Source: Calcarisporiella thermophila CBS 279.70
Taxonomy: Eukaryota > Fungi > Calcarisporiellomycota
DNA: 64,000 nucleotides
Assembly (NCBI RefSeq): GCF_041956535.1
Contig: NW_027192194.1
Location: 465,444 to 529,443 of the forward strand
Direction of reading: 5' to 3'
Shown piece after piece: positions 12,494-28,028 of the stretch. Numbering within the stretch: the first letter of the stretch is position 1; each line of letters opens with the position of its first letter. The notes beneath the pieces were generated by a model that saw only the letters and a program-made list of their open reading frames with translations, had not been told where the DNA came from and ran no database searches. Both the position numbers and the translations under genes were made by a program.

Positions 12494-13320
12494 TTTGGTA
12501 TTAGCGATGTAGGTTTTAAAATGGCAATGGGAATTTGTATTTGTGAGTTTGTGTTGGGTTGGCGAATGTTTTAAGGGTGAACAGGTCAACGCGACTTTAA
12601 AATTTCGACGCGCATTTTACGCGTAGGGTGACGTTGAAATCCAAAATTCCAGTTTCTGAGAAATCAGTGGTGGGTCCAATTCTCGGGCGGAGGATGGAGG
12701 CTCCTATTGACCACTCGCAAAAGAGCTACGATCCTCTCCTACTTAGCACGAACTCTATGAACTAGTTTGTCCTCAAGCTGTCACTGACACTACAGAGGAG
12801 GAACAAAGTCCAATCTGACTTTATCTTTGAAAGAGAAATATATCGTAATACTATGTTATAACAAAGACTATAATACAAAGGTAAACAAAAGACAAATATC
12901 AAAGAATAAGGAAGTAAACGGCTTTCAACTTCCGGCTTTTTTACATATGAAAAAAATAATAAACAGTTAGAGAATAAGGGGGCATATTAATTGAAAAGCC
13001 TTAGATATTGTGCCTCAAGAAAATAGTATCGAGGTGAGAGAATTCAGGGCGAGGTATCAGGAGTAGAATCACCCTCGGGGAAAATCAAGTGGTCAAACAG
13101 GGTCTCAAAAGAGAAGTGAGGCCATCACGTGTAGGGTGTGATTAAGGAGGTGCTGAATAAATAAGAAGGAAATGAAAATGGAAAGGGAAGAAGGAAAATA
13201 TATAAGGAGAAAAAGAGAGTCGACAATAGTAATGACAAAAAAGGGAACAAATGCAGTAAGAGTAAGAGAAAAAGTATATAGTTTAGTACCAGATATTGCC
13301 GATAGGGGGGGGGAAAAAGT

Positions 13321-15019
13321 TCATTTTGCTGGGCCTTTTCTCTGATAATTCTTTGGTGAAAGTGGTTGTGGTTGTTGCAGATTTGATTGCGGTTGCTGTT
13401 GCTGCGGTTGCGATTGAGATTGTTGATGTGTGCGAGGAGGCTGGGGTCTTGATTGCTGCAGCGACCGATTCTGGTCAGAAGCACCCCCCGCTGCCTGTGA
13501 CGACGATGCGGAGGTCGGTGGTGTAGACGAGGTCGCTGCCACCGCCGACGAGGAGGAGGACGACTCGGTGGTGGCGGGAGGAGTGGGGCGGCCACACTTC
13601 TTCACCTGCTGATGTCTTTTCAGCGCATCCTGAGAGAGGTTGGGGGTTGAATCGAATGAATTAAAAATTCGCCTTCACTATAAAGAAAAGCCATATACAT
13701 ACTTTGCGGGAAAACTGTTTCTGGCAATTGACACAAAAGAACGGCTTAACATCCAGGTGAATTCTCTTGTGGCGCTAGGATACAGAAAAAGACAAAGAAT
13801 GCTCAGTGACACGATGACTCTCCGCCTCCACATGCTCTTAGCAAATAGTTACCTTCAAATCGTGGTTACGGTGGAAAGACTGCTGGCATCGGTCACATTT
13901 GAAAGGACGCTCCACCACGGGAATGCGATAGTGATAAGTGTGCATCATGACGGGCGAGGGAGAAAACGCTGAAGGCGCCATTGCGGGTTCAGAGGCTAGG
14001 GGCAGGGTAGCGGGCACTGGGGTGGAGTCGGCAGTGGAGAGCATGAGGTTCCCCATGGCCTGGTGGGACTGAGGATTCTCCCATGGGGAGGAGGAGGGGT
14101 CCACACGACGCGAGGCCGGGAAAAACATATCCCAGGCGAGATAGGGGGTCCCAGGTCCAGGGGGACTATTTGAACTGAGGGTCAGATGGCCGTCGCTGCC
14201 AAGGTCGGGAGAGGAGTCGCTGGGCATGGTATGCTCCTCGCCTCCGCCGGAGGTGGAGGAGCTAAGCTTGATGAGGTTGCCACTCTCCGAGACCAGCCCA
14301 AGCCCCGGGTAGCCCCGCGCCGGCTGCATATTGCTTCCGAGGCCCGGGTGCAAGGGGACGCGGGGCGGAGGGACGGGGTTCACCCAGGGCATCCTGGTCA
14401 CCGAAGGAGTGCTGGGCACGGTAGGGACGTCTTCCACCACGGCCATGGCGTCTGCGCGGTTGTCCGAGGGAGGGGGCGGCGGAGGGGGAGGGGGCGGCGG
14501 GGGTCGGAGAGGAACCGACGTTTGAGGGTAGTGACTGTGTCGGGAGGTAGGCGCGAGCGCGGAGTCGGGGGAGTGGGAGAGGAGCATCTGAGCGTAGGAG
14601 GTCATGGGCAGGGAGGAGGAGGATCCATAGTCAAGCGACGAGAATTCGTAAGTATCGTGGGCAAAGCCGAGAGGGGTGTTGGTATTGGCGGCCTGCTGTG
14701 GGGGCCACACGAAGGCGGTTTCCTCGTCCTTCATCGAGGTTCTCAGGGGGGACGGCTCACGGACCGACTCGGAGAAGCAGGCCGCTTGGCCCATGGCTCC
14801 CTGGGCGTCGGGGGTGCCGGGGGTAGCCAGATAGTGGTCGCCGAAGAAGCCCCAAGACTGAGCGGGGAGCTTGGGGGGGACGGTGCGCTCTTTATCGTCA
14901 CGTGTGGAGTGGTCCATGCGGTGCAAGATAGGCAGGTTCTTGGATTCTAATATGTCCACGTACGTCGTTTTTTCGGAAGGCCAGGGAAGTATATTGGGCG
15001 CAGTGGGACCGCAGAGCAT
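13321..15019 (-). CDS. C2H2 zinc-finger transcription factor (two C-terminal fingers, Pro/Ser-rich N-terminus, Gln-rich tail)
   Basis: ERPFKCDRCQQSFHRNHDLK|RHKRIHLDVKPFFCVNCQKQFSRK|DALKRHQQVKKCG; start codon uncertain. Confidence 0.88.
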
Positions 15020-18000
15020 TTGGGGAGATAGGCACAGGGGGGGGGAGAGATAAATAAATAAAAGGTACAAAGTCGGCCCTAGTATCGATAAAAAAAGCGT
15101 CTATATAAATAAAGTGGAGTGGGGGAAGGGGGCAATAGATAAGGATAATAGGGATAAAAATAAAAGAAATAAATAAAGGCGAGTGGAAGAGGGGGGAGAG
15201 GGAGGAGAAGAGAGAGAGCCGGAGAGAGAGGTGCACGCAAGCAAACCAGCAACGAAGCAAGGGCGGAGGGCTGGGGGTGGAGAGGGTTCGGGTGGAAAGT
15301 CTCAGCAGAAAGTGGGAGTTATGTCAATAAAACACTGAGCACCGGGAGCATTGGAGGCGCTCTTGCGAGGAATCATGCAATAAACAACGCGTGGTTGAAA
15401 ACAAACAAGAGCAAACAAACGGCTTGGAAGCGCAGCAGAGCGATGGGGAAGAGCAGGGGGGGGGGGGAAGGGGTGTGCGGGAAGAGCAGCAGCAGAAATC
15501 GATAAAAAGAACTGAAATAAAGCACAAGCTGAGCGTGATCAAACTTTGCGCATCGTTATGCGGTTCCGAGAAGTGAGAACGAATAGGCCTATTTATACTA
15601 GTACACACGATGAAGAGGAAACGTCGCTCCTTGGTTGGGTCTTGGATGGTCGGAGTACAAGTGGGAAAAGTAAGAGGAAGGTGGGACAAAAGCAGCTTGG
15701 TTCATCCGTCAACGGAAATGCAAAGTTCTTGTTCTCTGCATTCCTTCACTCGCTTTGCATGATGTCTTAAGTTGGACTGGGAAGGACGTCTCTGCTGGCC
15801 CGGCAGCGGCCGGGCCCCATCGTAGTCCCCTTTCCCTCCCCTGCAGACTCGACCTTTACGGCTTATGTAACTCTTTATCGCTCTTTTTTTCTCTTTCATC
15901 ACTTGCCTTTTTCTTAACACCTCCGGGCTCCCATTGCTTGCCCGCAAAAGTAGAGGGGGGAAAAAAATGCTTAAAAAATGTGGCGGTCCTATTTTGCAAC
16001 AGATAAACGAACACGTTTGACAGAGTTAAAATACAGATATGAAATACTAACTGTAAGAAGAACCGATCAATGCACTTAACGCAAGCATAGGATTTTCATT
16101 GGTTTCAGATTTGTGGATTTTTGGGAGGTTTTGCAGGTTTTTTTGAAACGATACTATTTGTGTATATTTGGAAATTGCATTTGTGACAAGTTTATAAACA
16201 TGATCAAGCACGGCTCCGACTTCTCCCCTCCCCTCCCTCTCCTCCCCCAATGAGGCCCACCATACAGATACCATAGAGCATCCTCATTTTCTGAGGACTC
16301 CTTTCCATTTCCCCCGCCCAAACTTGTGTTGTGCGGTTTCTCAAACCACTGTAATCACGGCCTAGCTTGATCCTGATCACTCGAGCAATTTGCTCCTGGC
16401 TCCCTCCTCACCTCTTTCTCCCCCCCCCCCCCTCGATCGTTCGAAAGCTCGCAGCCGCGCTTCTTTTTCCTTCCGTCCAGCCGTGCACCTTGTCCTTCCC
16501 TGTTCATTATACCATAAGAACCTTGATGATTTCATCGGGCCGTCGATCTCCTTGTACACATTATTGCTTTCAGGCTCAGACGCTCAGTTTGTAACACCGT
16601 CGCCCCAGATCTAGTTTTTTACAAGATTAATTAATCGCTTCAATCCATGGTACAAGAGCGAGGGCTCATGGGCCAAGTTTTAAAAGCGTCGCGCGCGACT
16701 CACGGAGGGGATAGGTGAGCGGGGTGTGCTTGTTTTCTATCCATTTCTCTGAAACGAATTGAGGTATACAGTCAACGATGGGAGGCAGAAATGGGACCCA
16801 TTTCAAAAACAGAATAGAATTCCAAATTATAACCTCGGAGTCAGAGAAACTCCCATCGATATTTCCATTTTCAAGTCTGAGCCATGCTTTCAGGCGGCAT
16901 GGATTTAACCGAGCTGGATTCTAGTGCCCAACCGCATCTGGAACGGATCTCCCACCCGGCCAACTAGGTGGGTCATCCCCACGCTCCCAAACTCGTGCGT
17001 TTCCCCACACGCTCGCACCAGCAGCTCCAAACATCTCAATGTGAACTTTTTCTCCCCTCCTCCCCCCCCTCCCCATGGCCATGTATTGTGTTAGAGTTTA
17101 ATGAAAAAATAACTTATGCAACCGTAATTCTGCTGACACTTTCCTTGGTTCTGCCTCTCTCCTCCCCTCCCTTTGAGACTCAACAAGTTAGGGATGAAGC
17201 GGTGGGTGGTCCTTGTTTTGTTGTATGCCAAGGGAGTGACAAAATCCCTTAGCCCACATCTGTCTCGCTCAGCTCCTCGCTGATTCATCCTTTCCGGCCA
17301 TGTTCGGCTTCCCATTCAACCCCGAAGTATCTAAACTCCCTCCCTCCTCTCTCTCTTTCTCCCCCTCCTCCTCCCTCCCACACCCTCGTACAGCCTCTTC
17401 CCGCTGTGCTCACACGACGCTGTACGATAAAGAGAGGAGGCCGCGTGAAAGGCCGACCATGATGGCTTACACGGGGGAGTCCTCCGGTGTTTAGTTCGTG
17501 TTTGGGGATTTCGTATCCAGCCAAAGCATCTTTCATACGCATTTCACAGGGTCGAAGTTAGACCATGGTGGTGCAAAGAACACTGAGTTCACCCAACGCG
17601 TGAATGCAGGGCGGACTCTCAAAATGTAAATCAAACTACAGCAAAAGGAAGGTTCCATTTAATTCTACAGTTGGTGGGGTGTTATTATTTTTCGCAGGAA
17701 TTGAATGGTGTTTCGTTGATGTTTTAATTTTTTTTTGTTTGTTTCTATTTATTTGAGGACATCCACTAGAACGCGTTCCGTCGAAGTCACGCTGGCTAGT
17801 CCATGCTGGGTTAAAGTGAGGATGACGAATGCATCCACGCTAGTTCTGAAAATGAAATGGAGAGAGAGGGAGGGAGGGAGGGGAGAGATCAGGAAATTAG
17901 GAGGAGACATCGGGGAAAGGCTAATGGGCCAAGCACTTGTTGGGAACGGAAGGAAAGAAGAAGACGGAGTAAATTGCCGTGAAACTTACACAAAAGCAAA

Positions 18001-19370
18001 TATTCTAGAAATGAAATGAGAATACAGCCCCCCTATGAATCTTAGAAAATCAGTCAATCAGGCCTCCTTGAGGAGTCTATCCATCAGATTTGCTGGCAGC
18101 CAAGCAGAAGTTGAATGGCTACGCTACCCCCCCTTCCAGGGCCATCGCTGAGCCATTCGTTATTGCGTCATCTTAAGGTGGCTGGGAGAATGGGGAATGG
18201 CAGTGTCACGTTGGCGCAACGTATTGCTCCAATGGCGGACTTATACTGCTGGAGTGGTGGGACGAAGAAGAAGGAGGGGTAGCGGGGAGCATCGATAAAG
18301 GGCTGGCTTTCATTCCCACCGTAAAACAAACGGGCTCCAGGGAGGCCGGTGAAGCAGGGATGGGGCGCATGGTCTGTGGTATTATTATGATGTGAACAGA
18401 GCGTAGCCCTGTTTATTTATAGAGTGCGCCTCTTTTGCTCTGCCGCATGTTTTCCATTGAAACTTGCACCCCTTTCCCGCCAAGTGTTATATTGACGGGA
18501 GAAAGAGGTATCTATTAGGTCGGATGAAAGAATTGCCCTCAGGGCTGGCTTCCTCTATAACTGATATGCGTGGTCTCAAAATTGGGGATGGACTCGGGTG
18601 TATTTTATTCCAGCTTCTTCAATAGAAATTGGGCAAATCTATCTGTGCGGAGGGTGGAGTTCAAGTGCTTTCTTCTTTATCTATACTGCGTTGCTGATGA
18701 GTCTTCTTGAAATATGAGTCAACGGGATTCACAGTTCACGCTTGCGGGTCTGGCGCGTGAAGCTGCCTGGATATGAGTTTTTTTTTGCTTTTATGTCACG
18801 GAGCTTTTTTTTTCGACACGAAAAGGAGTCTCTAGCCTACCTCACTCGTTCTTCATTGATATTTTTAAAGGATTCCCCTGGAATCCCCGCCTTATGAATA
18901 ACTAGAGTCTTTCCCCATTTGTGTGATGTTTGTAACTGCTTTTTGCCAAATCCTTCCTTCTCCACTCCTCGTCCCCCCAACGGATTGGGCCCCATAACTA
19001 AATTTTCCTAAGCGCCGGGTGCCCATAGTCAACCAATCCCTGGCGTCCTCCTGCCGAGCATTGATTACTTCCAACACTTATATAGTCTCAAGCCAATCAA
19101 CCCTTCCACCTCGCTAACATATAGAGCATATTTATAATTTTGCTTTTTTGTCAGGCGTCGGAAAGAATTTACCGTGCCAGTTAGGCACCATTTCTCCTCA
19201 CGTAAAAATATCTTGTCGATGGTTCCGCGCAATTGCTTTCCGCCCGTCACCCGCAAATAAACCGTGTATAACCATTCATATATATATATATGCGCATCGG
19301 ACACGAACCTTTCTGTTTTTGTTCTCCACAAGCATTTCTTTCTCTCTCTCCATCCCAATTAGATATAAAC

Positions 19371-21379
19371 ATGTCACTCGTAGTTCCTACTGCGCTTGGC
19401 ACCGCACTAGCCCTGCGTGTCCCAGAAATCGCAAACAAACTAGGTCTCCCGCCGTCGGCATTTGCCTACCTACGCCAATTCAAACCATGGATGGCCCCCG
19501 TCGTCTACATGATCTATTTGCTCCTGAAATACCCCAACTACGCTATCGGCTCCCAGCCCATCAGCGGTCGCAAGATCCCGGGGCCTAGAGGTCTCCCCAT
19601 CATCGGAAATCTGTGGCGCGCCCTCTCGTCCCGCGATCGCTCGCTGGATGCTATCATGGAGAACTGGCGCCTCTACGGCCCTGTCATGACCTTCACATTC
19701 CCCTTCGCTCCCCGGATCATCACCATCAACGAGGTGGAGCTGGTGGAGCACGTTCTCAAGACCAACTTCCAGAACTACGTCAAGGGTCCTCGATCCCATA
19801 CCATCCTGTTGCCCCTACTAGGCGAGGGAATCTTCAACACGGTAAGCCCCCTCCCCCAAGCTCTGATGCCGCCTTCGGCTATTCGGTTTTTCCTCCCCTC
19901 TGCTCCATTCCCATGTTAACTTATGTAACTCACCCCGATCCTTCGGTTTTCTATTCTAGAATGGCGAACCCTGGAAAATTCAACGAAAGACGGTAAGTTC
20001 TAGCATGAATCTGAGTGGATTTAAGTTGGGGAGGCTAAACTCTATGCTGGGATTCCCGCATGCTTAGGCTTCGCATATTTTCAATGTCAAAGTGTTCCGT
20101 GAGTTGGTCACGGGTGTCTTCCGGGAGGAGAGCGCGGAGGTGGCCGCCATCCTGGACAAGGTGGCCGACACCGGAGAGGACATCAACCTCAGCGATCTCT
20201 TCTTCCGCTTCACGCTAGACACCTTCGGCCTACTCTCGTTCGGCACTTCCTTCCAGTGCCTCGAGCGGCCCCATGACCCCGTACCCTTTGCCGTTGCCTT
20301 CGACTATGTCCAGACCCAGCTCGACTTGCGCTTCAGCGACTCGTTCTACCCCATCCGTGAATTCCTGACGGGCGCTCGCTGGAAGATCAACAACGCCGTG
20401 AAATTGATGGACGAGTTTGCCTACAAGATTATTGAAGAGCGTCGCAAGATAGTTTCGGAGGGAACCAGCTCCCACCGGAAGAAAGACCTGTTGGACTTGT
20501 TCTTGGAATACCGCAGCGAGAACGGAGAGGGTCTCTCGGACAAAGAGCTTCGCGACGTGGTCTTGAACTTTATCATTGCTGGTAAGCCCTTTTCCCCTGA
20601 ATAACGCGCAAGCGATGATGTTCCTCTCCTCTAACCTCTTATGGCTTCGCACGCAGGCCGTGACACGACAGCCCAGCAACTCTCATGGCAATACCTTATA
20701 ATGATGCAGCGCCCCGATATCCAAAAGAAGGTTCGCGAGGAGATCATGAAGGTTGGTCCCGATTCGATCAACTACGACTCGCTGCGCACCATGCACTATA
20801 GCTTGAGCGTCTTTAACGAAAGCCTGCGCCTGTATCCCCCGGTTCCCAAGAACGCAAAGTTTGCCGTGGAGGATGATGTGTTGCCCAATGGAATCAAGGT
20901 GAAAGCTGGCGAGTTGGTCGCCTTCAGCACATACGCCATGGGCCGAAGCGAAAAGATTTGGGGCAAGGATGCGTCCGAATTCAACCCTGAGCGCTGGCTG
21001 GAACGGGATGAGAACCAGGAAATCACTGGCGTCAAGAAGGAATCCACCTTCAAATTCTCCTCTTTCAATGCGGGCCCTCGTCTTTGGTAAGCGTCTATTT
21101 CTATTGAGCGCCCTTTTATGCAGCAAGCTTATTTCCTCCCCCCCCCCCCCTTCCCCTCGCAATCCTTTTTCCAATCATGATAGCCTTGGCCAAACCTTCG
21201 CCACACTCGAGTCTTTGCTCTTGACCTCACAATTGCTCTCCAAGTACGAGTTTGAGCTCTCGCCCCGCTTCATTGAACAGGAGAAGAACGCAAAAGAGCC
21301 CCTCTATGGCACTTCTCTCACCCTCCCCATGCGCCGTCCCCTTTGGGTGCGGGTGCGTAGACTTCAATCCAAGAACTAA
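19371..21379 (+). CDS. Cytochrome P450, CYP52/CYP86-like (fatty acid/alkane hydroxylase type)
   Basis: I-helix FIIA|GRDTT, ExxR ESLRLYPPVP, FNPERW, heme motif FNAGPRLC|LG across five exons. Confidence 0.95.
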
Positions 21380-21680
21380 ACTCCACTCCACCCCCCCACA
21401 CATACCCAAAGCTAAAAAGCAACTTTACCTCTCTGGCTATATACTCCAATGGTACTTCATTGAAGCTATTTCCCTACTTTTCCTATATTCCTAATTATTT
21501 TTTCGATGTATATATACTTAGCGAAGGTTCTTCCTTTTGATTTATTTGATATTTTATGATTCATCTATTCGAATCTATGTAATAAAGTGATGGAATGGCG
21601 ATACTGGGTAAATCCCACAAAGACGTGAAATATTACAAAAGAAGATTGAATGCATTTCTTCCACTATTTTGGCGTTGACT

Positions 21681-24259
21681 CTAAGCCTCCCCCACATTTT
21701 CCAAAAGAGCAAAAAGATTGTCCTGAGGAATACCTTTTTCCTTCGCTTCTTCTTCTTCCTCGGAATCTTGCCGCCATTCCTCCTCCTCTTCCTTTCCTTT
21801 GATGTTTCCCTCCTCCCTTGATGCTTTCTCTTTGGTATTTCCCTTGTGTTCCCCATTCAAGACCCGGAGTTTCAAATATCGGTTGGTGGTGAAGAATCCA
21901 GGGGGCTTGAAAGTGAGTAGGATGCGACCGTCATTGGCCAGACGCAGGATCAGGTTCGCCGCACGATACACATCAGGTCTTGCTGCTTTGGATGTGAAGA
22001 AGCCGCGGGCTTGAGCAAAAGCTAAGTGGAAGAGAAAGTCGTGTTAAATTTTTCGTCCTAGCCCTGGATGAACAAAGACAAAAGTTACCTTCACAAATGG
22101 CCCAAGCAGACCACTGATAATCTGGGGGATCGAGCCCAAGGATTGCCTCAAGAGGGACTCTTTCGGCCTGTTGGATGTGGGAGATAGAATGTGTGGATAT
22201 GTGCATGTGAGTGTCAAGACTATACAGGAAGAAGAAGAAGCCCCATTATTACCAAAAATTGGATGATACTGTACGGCTCCTGCACCTGTGCAATCGGATA
22301 CATTCCTGAGAGAACTTGGAGAGGTCGAGGCAGGAGACTGGGAAAGACAAGACCGGGGCTGTCACAAAGGCGGACATTGGAGGTCAAATGAATTGTTTGA
22401 AAATGCTTCGTATGCCCTGGTGGAAACAATCTAGTTTAGGCGAGAATGACAAAATTGGGTGAAGTTTGGGATTACCAGGAGTTCGGCTTGCACTTACGAC
22501 AGACTTGCCCATGATCGAGTTAATAAGAGAACTTTTTCCGACATTAGGGTGACCTAAAGGTTGAATCGATGAGTGGCGTTTCTCTTTTGAATTTTAACAG
22601 CTATCCAGCAAAAAATTAATCAAAACATACCAATCAATCCGATGGTAATCATACTCTCGTGCGGCACATGTATTTTTCCTTCCATGCTGTTGTCTCCCGA
22701 TTCTTCACCTAAGTACCGATGGTGGCTTCTAGTCAATGCTCAAAATACATTAACCAAATAAGGTATAACTTCACCATTGGCTGCATCCAACGAGCCTGTT
22801 TGTACTCCCGCGAGTTCTACCTCTTCTTCCTCCTGATCCTCCTCATCCTGCTCCTCCTCTGACGAGTCCACCACCACATGTTCCTTCTTGTATCGCCGTA
22901 TAATCTCCTCCCAGTCGACGCCAACCCCTTGTTTCTCGACATGGACATCCTTGCAAGCTGTCAACACCTCTTTCACTCCATAAGCTTGATAGTATCTTTT
23001 GCGAGGCCGTTTTACCCGATTTTTCAATGCGTCTGTAGCATACAATATTGGCTCAGCATGAACAGGATGAATTGCATCAGCAGCTTTTCCTTACATCCAG
23101 CCGTATCATCCAACAGTTTCTCATCCCGCGGGTAACAGCTGAAATGAGCGATATGGAGGCCGGGAAACTTCTCCTCGAAATATTTCGTCCACGCAAACAA
23201 AGTTGCATCGGAAACCAGGTCACACTAATATTGTGACAAAGCAACATTAGTTTCGATGGGTCTTTAGACAGAAACAGAGAATAAGTAGGATCGTGTACCT
23301 TGTTGAAAACCACCACCATCTTTCGCCGCAGCTCGTTTATCACATAATCATAAAGGGCCGGTGGAAAATGCAACACCGGATGGCGAATGTCAACCAACAA
23401 GAGCAGGACGTCGCTCATTTCCAATACTCTCCACCTATCCAGAATGAATGATTGCTTCAATAACAATGTCCCTCACGCGAGCCATGACATAGAGTGTACA
23501 AACAGCTGTCTCCACACTTCCAAATTGTGTTCGAAGAAGCTCAGGCGCTCCACCGGGTATCGGGCATAGATCCCTTCCAGCCATCCCTGGAAATAGGTAG
23601 CTTCACGCTCGTCAAGCTCGTCTTTGGTCATAGAGAATGACCAGGCGGGACGGGTCGGGAATGTGATAGTCTCTGGATAAACCTCCTCGAATGAAACCTC
23701 TAGTGCAGACTAAAATAATAAAATACCATTATTATGCCATGTTTATGGATAATTGCGTCGAAAAAATAGAAAGCCGTCGAGAGCAATTAAAAAGTATATT
23801 TTGTATTTACCAGTGGAAGACGCCGAAAAGGCTTCATACTCTGCCGCCGTGATTTTTCGATAATTGCCGGCGGTAGCCTCTCAAACACAGATGCATGTCT
23901 ATTCGACGGATTGGTATTGTGTGTAATATGTGGTGTGTGTTTTTGCCGTGGAACAGCGGATGGACGCGAATGTGCATTTTCATTGACTTGGCCCTGGTTC
24001 AAATGAAAGGATCCCGGCTCACTATCACTGGAATCAGATTCCACTGCGGTAATCGCAGAAGTGTCTGGGGTTGGTTTGAACGAGAAACGGTCTCCTGACC
24101 AGGCTTCGTTTTTGGGTTAATAAATAAAGAGGTCAGCCATGAGATTTATGAGAATTTTGCAACCGATTGGAATTTACGTTTTTCCGCTTTCTTAGCCCGC
24201 TTCTCCTGCAGCTGCCGTTTCTTTTGCTTTGCGCTGAATGGTTTTCTACGATGATGCAT
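21681..24259 (-). CDS. GNL1: Circularly permuted GTPase, GNL1-like (Lsg1/YRG family)
   Basis: N-terminus MHHRRKPFSAKQKKRQLQEKR resembles animal GNL1; FEHNLEVWRQL, DIRHPVLHFPP, NKxD, GHPNVGKSS, TPGHTKHFQT, DSPGLVFPS. Confidence 0.9.
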
Positions 24260-24555
24260 TTCATTGAATGCAGAAACGCCAGTTGAACTGACAAGAAAAA
24301 AGTGGCAATCTGTGACTCGGTTTTGAGAGAGGTTGCTATATTGGCTAGAAAACTAAGAAATTTTATTTCTTTAATCTTCTAAAAAGCAATTGATATTGTT
24401 CAAAAAATTTCAACAGAGGATGAATCAAATTGCTATCTAGTGAGATAACCAGAATGTGAGGGAAATACTACAAAAAAAAAGGTAAAAAACTCAAAAAAAA
24501 AGACCCAATTTCAACTTTTTTTAAATAAAAAAAGGTAATATGCCAAGCTTAGTAT

Positions 24556-28028
<3,473 letters not shown>

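Noticed and set aside
14186-14950. 254-aa Gly/Arg-rich plus-strand ORF
   Set aside because: Antisense to the Pro/Ser-rich exon of the C2H2 gene; composition explained by the opposite strand
19371-21379. P450 plus neighbouring transcription factor as a secondary-metabolite cluster
   Set aside because: No NRPS/PKS/terpene synthase or tailoring genes nearby; flanks are housekeeping genes
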